DNA of 63,986 nucleotides, filler included, from Bigelowiella natans CCMP2755 (Eukaryota > Protista > Cercozoa), in NCBI GenBank assembly GCA_000320545.1. It is 6 parts of 6 records of this genome, joined end to end, with 100 filler letters (N's around TTAATTAATTAA, not from the genome) between each part and the next. Parts side by side here need not be neighbours in the genome. Positions count along the whole stretch, not along the records: positions 34,018 to 47,132 come from ADNK01002896.1; positions 47,233 to 60,288 come from ADNK01000939.1; 4 more parts are not named here. One strand, 5' to 3'. Made by a program: the position numbers and the translations under genes. Shown one piece after another: positions 42,340 to 53,800 of this stretch. Each line of letters starts with the position of its first letter. The stretch's first letter is position 1. The notes below the pieces were generated by a model, which was given only the letters and a program-made list of their open reading frames with translations, was not told where the DNA came from and did no database searches.

Positions 42340-44207
42340 ATTTGTGTGTGTTATGAAACATTATATTCATTCATAATTCAAACGTACAATCGTGCACGCA
42401 AACACACACGCGCTTTAAAAAAAGGAACTTCCGCATGCCATGACAATCACTAAAGACTTGCGCTCAACCCACAGGCGAAGTACAAAGCATCGTATGCCCC
42501 GCCTTCAAGTGTCACCACCGCGTTCCAGCGTCTATCATCGATCAACCGCTAGTGAACGCCCGCACAGCTCAGCGGTATATGCGCTTCGAGCTGCGCGACT
42601 TTGTGAAAGTAAACAACAATATCCAGTGGTGTCCTGCCCCTGGATGCGAGGCAGCGGTTTGCCGGTCATCTGCGAACCAGGGGAAAAACATCGGAAACAC
42701 GGCCGATTGTGGAGAAGGCCATTTCTTCTGTTTTGAGTGCAAAGGTTGTGTTAGATGCTGCGTAGGCTGCTGCTTGGGGCTTTGGTCGGTTAGCTAATGC
42801 ATTGCATCTTCTGGCCATCCCAATTATGTCTGTTGTTGACGATGCTCTCATCGTCGTTGCTGATGCTCATACATGTGGGCGTCCTTTCCTGCTGCATCGA
42901 ATACCGGATCTGTTCGTTTTGTGAAGATACTAACTACTTAGCGATGTTCATTCGCTTCTTTAGTATTGATACTCAAAGGCCTGACCATGTTTTGTTTTTG
43001 TTGTTACTCCTCCCCCCTTTCTCTTCGTTTTACGCTCCTTTCCGGGCCAGATAAACCCCACGACCCATGCTCGTGTGACGAATGGAGACGCTGGAACAAG
43101 GAAAGCCAGGAGATGTCGGCCAAGTTGGGGTTGGGGGGCAGCTCGCAAGATGCCGCGGCTGTCGCCACGATGCTATGGCTTAAAAGCAACACGAAACAGT
43201 GCCCCAAGTGCAAAAACGGGATCCAGAAGAATGAAGGCTGCAACCACATGACCTGTCGCGCATGCCGGCATGAGTTCTGCTGGATTTGTATGGCGCCTTG
43301 GAGGACGCACGGCTCGAAGACTGGGGGGTACTACAAGTGCAACGTGTACAAAGGCCCCGGCCCGACGGACAACAAGGGCGACGCGCAGATGGCGAAGAAG
43401 AGGCTCGCGGACTCGAAGCGCTTCATCCACTTCGTGGAGCGCATCAAGAACCACGAGGACAGCAAGGAAAAGGAGCAGCGGATGGTGCGCAAGGCCGGGG
43501 AAAAGATCGCGGAGATGCAGAATGCCACTCAGGAAGTTGTCGATACGACCTTCGTCGGCGTCTCCTTTCGCCAGCTGTACTGGAACCGCATCGTGCTCTG
43601 CGCGTCCTACATCAAGAAGTACTACGACACGCCGGGGGGGGGGCGGGGGAAGATAAGCCTCCTGCCCGCCAACTTCGAGCGGCTCCAGGCCAATTTGGAG
43701 AGAACGACGGAGGACCTTTCGAACGCCATCGCTAGGAAACGTTGGACGAAGCCGCGCCACCAGGTAGTCATGCTGACGCAGCAGGCGCAGCAAGCGCGCA
43801 ACAGCTTCCTCAATACGCTAATTCCGGCACGCCAGATGGCAAAGCGGCGGGTGGAGTCAAAGGGGGGGCGCGCCAAACCGAAGAGCGTTGGCGCGTTCGA
43901 GTGCAAGCGGTGTACGTTCCAGAATTCAGGGGGCGACAGGTGCGCGATTTGTGGGTACGAGCGGCCGGCTCCCACTAGCAAAGCCGAAAAAAGGGATAGC
44001 GGCAGCTTCTCTCGGAAGAGTCGTGGCCCTTCTAGTGCGAGGAAGGCTTCGGCCGACGAAAAGAAATCGAGCTCGTCAGGAGGGCGGAACTTCGACAGCG
44101 AGCTCGCGCAGCTTTTGCAAATGGGGTACACCGACACGGATAAAATCATAAAGGCGCTACGAAGTTCCGATGGAAACATAGGCCGTGCGTTAGAGATTTT
44201 AGGATGA
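35255..44207 (+). CDS. ANKIB1: ANKIB1-like ankyrin + RBR (RING1-IBR-RING2-Ariadne) E3 ubiquitin ligase, with a three-repeat insertion in RING1 and C-terminal RanBP2-type zinc finger + UBA
   Basis: Myristoylation-like start MGQAES. Ankyrin-region exons LWDSNPEMRDGIDPN...NTIFHLL, NTMLHYAAKSGLEDC and GQTPAALA. RING1 is CLTC...CGHTFCKDC...CPAFKC, IBR is WCPAPGC...CGEGHFFCFEC...HDPCSC, and RING2 is CPKCKNGIQKNEGCNHMTCRACRHEFCWIC. The final exon is 43051-44207. Exons from 39351 to 44207 splice in consistent phase. Confidence 0.88.
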
Positions 44208-44899
44208 AGCCCTGCCCCGCAGCATGGATGCAGCACGTTATTATTGGTCAATAAGGCGCAGATGTTTTAGCAGCTAGGCAGGTCTGAATTGCAGAACAGT
44301 CCCTCTTTGTTGGCAGCTGCAAGGCTACATAGCAGCAGTGCAGTGGAGAATAATCAAATCTTGATATATGTTTTTCATCTTGATGCGCGGCGCGCGTAGA
44401 ATTGACTGGTAGTGCTGCAAATAAAAAATTATTGCATTTGTAGATTTACAAGGACGTGCTCAAAAAAGCATTACCTATTTCAAATGCGCTGGTCGCTGAA
44501 AAAATATACAAACTATATGCGTACGTACACTGTTTGGAATTTTTTAAATTGCGTGCTAGCATTCGCTTTTTTTTTCAATTCGCTTTGTCTGTGCGAATCA
44601 ATGAAATAACATGCGCGCCGTTCCATGGCACCGCTACCATATGCGCGACATGGTAGCATGTGTACGTTTTAGCGATGTTCGACTTATATGGATAACACGT
44701 AAAACGTGCATGCCTGTAGGTAGTAGACGAGCTAGCGAGCGTAGGAAAAAGCACGCCACTAGTGCGCACAAATCTAGAAACTTAGTTACGAAATCTGATG
44801 ACGTTCTGCGCTTATATATTAGGGAATCGTAATAGCGGCCATTTGCTCATAATAAAACTAGTTAAAGTAGGTGCCCCGCCGGAGAGGATATCTATTGAT

Positions 44900-45156
44900 G
44901 ATGGAAGGGCGGAGTGACTGAGGAGCTTACTTTGCACTCGCATCATTTCATTTCGGGTTGTTAAATGGCCAACGGCCATGTCGAATCATCTTCGCAAGTA
45001 GCGGGTCGCCATAGTCTGCACACACATTGTACCTTTGTCATCCCACAAACATCGGCACGTTTGCATGCGGCGGCGGTGGTGTTTGCATTTCGTGTGTGAG
45101 GGCTCCATTCCGTGCGGTATTATAGAAATATACAGTCACATAAAATATATAATATT

Positions 45157-45187
<31 letters not shown>

Positions 45188-46264
45188 TAATATATAATAT
45201 ATTTATATGTATATATGCTTTGTGTTTATGTGTCTAGAATAGCATTGAATGCATTGTCTCTTTAATATTGCAAATCCAAAAGAAGCAGAAACAGAGAACA
45301 AACAAATCACTGCATCCGTGACGTGCACGTTCATCAATATATATATGTACGCCGCACCTTTTCCGACTTCGGCTTGAAGGCTAATTCCCTACATATTGAG
45401 GACACATAGGTGAGGCGTTCGCATTTCTTCTGGAGACTGATCGAACCCATGCAAGCGAGTAGAAACCACACAAACATTTCCTCCCCTTCTCTCCCTCTAT
45501 TGCATATTCGCGGTTTTTGGCTTTATGGCGGGTGAAATAGAGTGAGGGGGGGGTTGAGGCGGAGACAGAGCAATAGAGAGAGGAAGAGAGACGGCGGAGG
45601 GGGGTAGATGGATTTTGACCTCATAAGCGGAAACTTAGCCCCCGCATCTTCTACCTGAGAAGAAAGACAAAATGCGGCCTCAATCCCAGCGTGTTTTCGC
45701 ACCGTATGTATGCCGCACACAGGCTAGATAACTAGCATCAAGCACCTTCCTATGGTGCATACGACGGTGGCCCTCATCCTCCTCTTCACGCTCATCCTAA
45801 GAGAACACAGCAGCAGGTTACTAAACACTTGCCACCCGTAGAGGAAGAAGGGCTTTTTTTTGGCGCCGGAAAAACGACGAACATGCATACACGCATCCGA
45901 GCGCGGCGCGAAGCTAATCAAGGTGCGAATGCGCAATATGCCCACCATTCCCTCGCGTGCAGTCCTGCCGTCATCGTCACTGTCGGTAGATTCGGCTCTT
46001 AGCGACGTGGCGGTGCTATCAGAATCAATTCCCCATTTCCTCCGGATGAACTGCTCGAAGGTCATCGTTCGGTAGCTGAGGGAAAATGGACGCGTGTGTT
46101 TCTATTGAGTTCTCCTCTGCACGCCCCGCGTGGACGCAACGCGCCTCATGCGCGGATTTAGCATGCTGTGGTGGTGTGTGGGGGAGGTTTTGAAGTGGCG
46201 GTGTAAGGAACTTAGAGACTGCCCGCTCATGTATTTATCGTATTAGGCGTTTGTGTGTGTTTGC

Positions 46265-46305
<41 letters not shown>

Positions 46306-46590
46306 TGCTTGTGCTTGCGCTAAATTTTGTTGTGTTGCGCGACGCGTAAGTCTTAGATCTTAGAACGTACGCAATTCTATCATTGAACCGCCATATGCCT
46401 GCAATGACCATATAAGCAAACACTCATTACGCGCATATTCTTATTCAAGAATACGAGAATAATGGTGTCTGTCAGTGCGTTCAGGCGAAAATTTGAAGGG
46501 GAAACTAGTGAGCGAAAGAGAGGGTGTGTGTGAGAGAGGGTTAGAGAGATAGAGAGAGAGATACAGAGATACAGAGAGAGCGAGAGAGAG

Positions 46591-46636
<46 letters not shown>

Positions 46637-47100
46637 AGAGAGAATAAGAGAATGAGAGAGCATACACGAAGACAGGTATATGTGTGTTTGCGTGTGCGGT
46701 GCGCAGTCTCACGTCCTCCTGGCAGCACCACAAACTTAGTGAGGAAATCCCACTTGACGGGCTGATTGATGATTACACAGCATGGATAGAGAAAACCAGA
46801 AACAGCAAACAGATATTGCACAAAATGATGGTATGAATAGGAACGATAGAGACGGCTACCCCGTCCGTCTTTGACTCTCTCTCTCTAAACACACACACAC
46901 ACACACACACACAAACACGCACACACACACACACACACACACGCACGCACGCACACATATTCTTTCTGTTTCATCCGCAAACCATGAATACCATAAAAGC
47001 AAGTTGCAAATGCTATATAGACCGTACAACAATCGCCCCCCCTCTGGCCTTCTTGCGGGGGAGGGGGTGGGATTTGAAGCCCTTGGATTTTCGCAAAAAA
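44900..47100 (-). CDS. Unidentified minus-strand exons (3' part of a gene, possibly continuing the 50032 gene across the linker)
   Basis: Exon-like segments YRTMTFEQFIRRKWGIDSDSTATSLRAESTDSDDDGRTAREG (~45945-46075), KWDFLTKFVVLPGG (~46710-46757) and SISLQKKCERLTYVSSICRELAFKPKSEK (~45357-45445). Confidence 0.35.
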
Positions 47101-47132
47101 GGACGATGGCGACGGGGACTCATCCGCTGTTT

Positions 47133-47232
47133 NNNNNNNNNNNNNNNNNNNNNNNNNNNNNNNNNNNNNNNNNNNNTTAATTAATTAANNNNNNNNNNNN
47201 NNNNNNNNNNNNNNNNNNNNNNNNNNNNNNNN
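47133..47232. other. Artificial contig linker
   Basis: N44-TTAATTAATTAA-N44. Confidence 0.97.
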
Positions 47233-47797
47233 AGGTAGATGTGTTGGCCCTCACCGCTCTCACAAGCATTCTTGCATTTCCCCAGGTATTTGCACAAAAG
47301 GTCCTCTGCAAAGTCCTGTGAACGACGGGCATAATAAGAATGACGATTTTCAAAAAAAAGGTTTGTGCACTTGGCAGTACATAGCCAAAAGGTAAGTTAT
47401 CAACAAGTGGATGCTGCTCCGTGAGCTGCCTACAAATTTGCCCTTTTCACCCGTGTATAGGTGTATCTTGGAAGTACATACGCATCGCGGGTATATTTAT
47501 GTATGTTGCGCGGCTGGTTTAGTCCCCCCCCACCCTTTTCTCGTTGTCCTGGAGCAGCTTAAAGCTTTGGATTATTCTCTTCTCAGCCTTTGCCACACTT
47601 CGGAGCGCTGCATCGATCTACGTTTAGATTGGTGAAGAAAGGGCGGATTCAGATAAGGTTGACTTCTGCTTACAATCACGTCGATAGACCTTATTGGGAT
47701 CGCGCTTTCCCGTGTCGTCTTTCTAATCGCCGCCCTGCTGCGCTTGTGCTGTCTTGAATACTTTCTCAAGGTCAGCATTCTGAGAGAGAGCGAGAGC

Positions 47798-47863
<66 letters not shown>

Positions 47864-50032
47864 ACTGTTGATTCGATCCATCCAAAACCTGAGCTATTCT
47901 CGAGAGCTTTGTAGTTGGTGCCATGCGAGAACTCTTCCGCTCCCTCCCCCTCCCTCTGAGAGTCGTCGTCATCGTCGATGAAGATGACGTCCAGAGGCCG
48001 CTTCTGCAAGTCGATTGGCCCCACTGTCTTGTTCACCACGATGCAGCTGTCATAAGCAATCACGCGAATACGGAGCGTTACAAAGAGGAATTGGCTATGT
48101 GGAGCAATCTTGACGTGAGGTTTCGAAATCGTCTCGCAAATCCAACACCGATGAGTATACGTGAATCAACCGAACGCATCGATGGTTTCGAGGACCTTTG
48201 CATTCTCGTTCAATATACCATTTCTCTGTTTGATGTACATTGAAAGCCTTCGAATCGCCGCGCAAATGGCAGGCCACGCACGGGGAAACAACGAATGGCA
48301 TGGGAAGTACATAATCAAGTGCGCAAAGAGAAACAGCATCAGCGTTAAATGCTATCACAAGGCACTTCCTAACCGGCTGAATATGTGGGCATCGGATGTA
48401 TTTTTTGAGCACAAAAAAACTCGAGAGTCCTCCTCCTCTTTCCATTCCATTCTTTCTTCAGAGGGTTGCGTGAGGAGATGTAGGGCCTGGTCACAGTATC
48501 ACGATGGTTTGTTTACTTCTCGATTCTGTCGCTGCTATTACTGCTATTGCTGCTACTATTATCATCATCATCATCATTACCACAACTACTACTACTACTG
48601 CTATTACTACTTCTACTTCTACTTAAACCTTCTTCCAGTATTCTCGAGCACTCAATACGTCCATCAGCTCAAAGAGCCTATTCCCCTGCGTAAACGAAAG
48701 AGAGCAACCAGAGATCGAAATCCGCTTTAAATTCAGATTCAAAATCGGCGGGGACGCCACCAGACACCACGAGCCAATGGCTGGCAGCATGGGTCATTGT
48801 GCGAATAGGAAATGCATTGGCCAATTGAAAGTTGTGGATGGTTGGAAATACGGTATAATCAAAAGGATACTTGGGATTTAAGCTCCAAAGCTTGCGCGAC
48901 TATCAAGTCATCATCGTTCAATGAAGGAATATTTCGATAATGGGGTGATGGCGGCTGTCGCTCGAAGTCCTCAAGGGGCTGTAGTGCGTCCTCAGTGACC
49001 CACTTCTCCTGTGCACGCAAAACCAGTCATGCAAAGAGAACACTGTTGAGTGAATGGTTAATTCCATCGAAGGGCAAAGAACTATCTATGTCCGCTTTCG
49101 TGACGTCCCTCTCTCCATAGGCACGGCGAGAGCAGCAGCAACAGCTACTTATCGTTTTTTCCAGTGGATTCATCACATTTCAATAGCTTCTACATCGTCA
49201 TCTTCGAAACGGATGGGGAAATGCGCTGCATGTGGCAATGCTAATCACGATTCTCTACCTTTTCACCGTGGTCGCCATATATGATTCCAAAGCCTGTGCC
49301 GTTAGCGCCAACGTCAGCCACCATAGCTCTCACACGGAACCTTCCTATTTTGGCCCGCACCTCGGAGCTGATGTATATCGTCCAATCCCGATCATAGAAG
49401 GAAAATCAGCAATAGTAGCAATGGCAGCAGGAATAACAGAAGATGAGAGACAGCAATGTTGATGACAACGGACGCAGTACGATTTACACTATTGCTGCTG
49501 TACAGTTGAAATGGGAAGAAGAACATTACCCTATTGTGTAATTGTTCCCTTCAGCGTCCTTCCGTCCTGGCCATAGATGCTGGTTCTTGATTGGCGGGGG
49601 CTTCGGAAAAGCAGGAGGGGCAACATATCGTGGGATGAACAAGGGAATGCTCTTTCTATCCGTGTTCATGTTTGATTGCAGTGACGGTTGGCGATCGTCA
49701 TCACAGAACCTATTCGACGAGGAGTTTCTATCTTCTGCTGTTGTTAATGCGGCAAAGCCGCCTTCTCGTCCTCCTCCTCCTCCTCCTCCTCCTCCTCCTC
49801 CTCCTCGCACCCTTTGTAGCCATTGACGGTAACCGAAAGACTCTTCGCCTCTTGCTGCCTCTCTACCGCTAAACTCGCTACCAGATCCAGCATAGGAAGT
49901 TCGTGAAAATCGCAGCACAGTCCTCGTCGTTATTGTCTGCTGCGGCAAGAGAATCGTGGTGGCGAGGGCTAGACTGACTACGGTGCTGGTCAAAAGGATG
50001 CTTCGCTTGCAAATTAACACTGAAGATGGCAT
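47233..50032 (-). CDS. Unknown multi-exon protein with a bipartite-type N-terminal leader (hydrophobic signal, S/T/R-rich segment, RVRGG)
   Basis: First exon MPSSVLICKRSILLTSTVVSLALATTILLPQQ...LQRVRGGG...EGNNYTI (50032 to ~49531). Later exon-like segments: DWTIYISSEVRAKIGRFRVRAMVADVGANGTGFGIIYGDHGEK, HFPIRFEDDDVEAIE and EKWVTEDALQPLEDFERQPPSPHY. Confidence 0.5.
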
Positions 50033-50843
50033 TTTACGCGATCGTAGGCTTCAAGGTATTCTGCAGGTCATAAGTTCCCTACTCCTCTGTGATAACCGTA
50101 GGAACGCTAGAGATTCCCAGATGGGGCGTCTCCCCGCACAGCCTGCCTTTCCCCTGGGCTGATCCCACTCAAAGTGGTCAAACCTATCAGTTCGCCGCTA
50201 ATTTCTGCGACGGTTTTTGCCCATGTCGCTTTCCTAAAATGGGCTGTATTACAGCTGGTAAATACCGACTATTCGTTAGTGTTCACTTTTCGTTTCTACC
50301 TTTCTACCCTTGTCGCCAAATGAAATCCCGAGCTTGGGTTTGATTTTTCTTGACACGTCCGCCTCTAATTATTAGATCAACGACGATTTTTCGACATGTC
50401 GCCTTCCCAAAACCGGGCCGTATCCAACTTGTACGAGCTGTGCAGACAACCTTTGTCGTCGGTGCTCCTCTTTTTTTTTCCTAGTTTTTCCCATGTCTAC
50501 GTTATGTCGCTGAGTCAAAATGATCTAAGGTTTGCAGCCTTAGACAGAGTGTCCTCCAAGATTTCATAGTCGTCGTTTACCCATGAATTGTCAGCTTTTT
50601 TGTTGTCGATAGACGTTATTGCAGGGCACTTTCTCACTTTTTATTGTTTGCTGCCCATCGCGACGGCGACGTGAGAGTACGACATAAACCAAAAAGGTAT
50701 CCGACCCCCACTTTGAATCGAATGCTACCCAGCTTGTTTTCTTGGAGCTCGATGGAACGAAAACTCTTCTGATTTATTGATTACTTAATTAAGGGCATAG
50801 GGCACGGAAGAAACGAAACGTGCACTGAATCAGCAAAGAGTCA

Positions 50844-53800
50844 ATGTCGGGTTCAAACTATCCCTTTTTGAAAGAGGGAGCTAGGAGAGCATTCCTATCG
50901 CAGGAGAACGATTTGAAAGAGGACCTATTCTGGCATTCTCTACCTCGATTCAGGTACGAATTGTCCGAGATAGATGGAACTGGAAAGAAGAGGGAGAGGG
51001 AGAAAGAGAAGGTAGATGATGCCGATTCCTCTTCTAGAGGAGAAGGTGAAGGCACCGACGAGAAAGTAAGCACGGATGAAGACGACAATAGCAGCGCTGC
51101 AAACGAGGAGATGAAAGAGAAAGTTGATGGGGATCAGTTCATGTCCGAAGATGGGGCTCGAACGAGCGAAAAGAAAACGGTGACATCGGATAGGCTGGAG
51201 AATAGAAAGCGAAGCCGAGAGTGCGATCTTAAGCAGGCCATGTTGCCAAAACGATGTAACAGCACTGACGCTGCAGCCACCAATAATAAGAAAAAACAGA
51301 GAGCTGTTTCTGCTAATGCAGCTGTCAACATCACCGATGCCTCTTCGTATTCTCCTCGGTCAGCTTCTCGACAATGCGTGGAAACGCCGCAGAGAACATC
51401 ACAGAATGGCGGTCCGACCGTATGCATGAATTCGCCGATCGAGGTCGCGACTGGCGGGCGCTCAGTGTCTACTGATAACATGACGCATTCCGTAACTTTA
51501 AAACTAGATCCCCGCGATTTTGTACGGGTCAGTAACAGTGACACCTACCTTGTCATCGATGAAAATCGTTCAGAAGATATCTTTCGAGTAAGCTGTCGTG
51601 ACAAAAAAGAATTCGATAAGTTGGGCAAAGTAGAGATACAATTCGTTAAACATGTAGATTTAAAAGTGTGGTGCTTACCAAAAAAAGAATCGGCCAGTAT
51701 TCGAAGAAAGACAAGTGGACAAAAAACAACATTCTACTTACCTAGAGAGGTCAAGTTGCAGAGTAACAAGCCTATCTACAAAGTGGAGCTTATTAGATGG
51801 AATCGAGATGCACATTACTATGAACGAATGCAGCTATACCCTAAATCGCCTTCAGTTGACACTATCTGGGCTCAAAATACCGCAAAGGATGACAGGAAGA
51901 GAAAACAAACTGACAGCCCATCCTCTTCCTCGCAGCAACCTGGTCTACAAAGAGCCCGGAACTTTGCATTATCTTCAAGCTCTTTAATCTCAACTGGCAA
52001 ACGTGAAGTTAGTTCATCAAGTGGAACAAATTCGATACCCTCAGATCCGCAAGTTGGCGAGGATGAGGATATAAAACAAGCAAGCGAAGGTAAATTCTAT
52101 CGTAGTTCTCGACGAAAATACCAGTGTACAAATATATCACTGACTGCTTTGATGACCTTTACAAGAATCTTTTCTCATAATCGTGCTCAGGAATATTGGT
52201 GAAATTTGGCCTCCGTATTCTTCCTGGGAATGACGACGTAAAATGCTACTATGACATATACAAATTTAGGGAAGCAGTGTTAGGAGAAATTCCAAAGCAT
52301 TATAGAACTGAACGTGTCAAAAAGGAAAGTAAAACGATCCCCTCAGATAAAAACCAACGACTAGTAGAGGTCTCAATGAAGCTGAAAAAGGTCTGCATAA
52401 TTGTGGCAATTCTGTTGATTAATATCGAGTCATCATTAGTGAGATAGTGTGACATCTCTCCCATATATCATGTACCTTCTTGTCTGAACTGTAGGCATAT
52501 TACTTGTTCACGTAGGCAGAATACAATAGCCACGCTGGACAAGTACTTCATGAAGTACTTAAAATATGGAACAAGATGATTCAACTTCCAAAGGGACTGA
52601 AAAAGCACAAACCACCCACAGTGGAACCAGGATGCATCAAAATAGCCGAATACTTCTGTATGGGGCCAGAAGCAGATTTTTCGGAGATTCAGAAGTGGAT
52701 ACTGAATGAGAAACAGCACATCATGAGCACACTCACGTTTCAGGGAGAAAAGGTGAGCGAGCTCCGTATCAGATACATCGATGATGAAGAAGACCAACGT
52801 CAATATCGGGTGCTAAACAAGGTGTCATTATCTTTCCTTTCTTAATGATGACGTTTGCTTTTGTTGATAATGCGAATGATCAAATGGTAATTGTGATTGT
52901 GAGGATAATGATATATGCTCCAATTCAGATATGGCTCATATATCCTGACACTAGTAACGAGTTGATCGAGAAAGCGAAATCTCTCAATAAGGAGCTTCCA
53001 TATCGCGACGAGAGGTTTCCGAATGTCGAACTGCACGAGGTTGCTATCAAAGTATCTTCTTATAAAAAGAAATATGATAGTGAAATAAATGTAAAAATCA
53101 CCGAACGTAGGTGAGAACCGAAAGCATAGCAAAGCTCCAAGATTTCAATATTGAAGAAGACGGTGAAGGACTAGCACTTGCTACTGCACTTCCAAGCACT
53201 TCAAATATAGAGGCTACTATTGTCTCGGAAGATGAGGGAGGAGAGCAGGAGGGAAGAACACCCTCTCTTACTACCCCCCCTCTGATTTCGACTAAAGGAC
53301 ATGAAAACACCGTCAAGTGTCTAGTAGACACAATAGCGGACATCGAGGCAAAGGATGAGTTCGGTAACAAAAAAAGAAATCAAGTCTTTGTAGCGTGAAA
53401 TACACGTATGTTACATCGTTTTACACCCTAGGTGATACCCCATTAATGAGAGCTTCAAGGGAAGGACATGAGACCACCGTCAAGCATCTGGTTGACGCAA
53501 AAGCGGATATCGAGGCAAAGACTATGTCCGGTATGTAAGATCATAAAAGCCTTTTTAATAAGAAAAAGAGATCAACTACGTGAGCAACAACAACGAATAT
53601 CTGAATGTTGCGTTCAGCATCAATGCTTCATTAACCGCTATGATATTTGACCTGATACACGTTATGATATATGTATAAAATTTAGGTGAAACCCCTTTGA
53701 TTTGTGCTTCAAGAAACGGACATGAGACCACCGTAAAGCATCTGGTTGACGCAAAAGCGGACATCGAAGCAAAGGATATGTCCGGTATGTAAGATCATAA

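Noticed and set aside
43173-44251. Long antisense and alternate-frame ORFs over the last ANKIB1 exon (similarly 24657-25517 and 28256-28891)
   Set aside because: They are shadows of GC3-rich coding sequence with no independent motifs.
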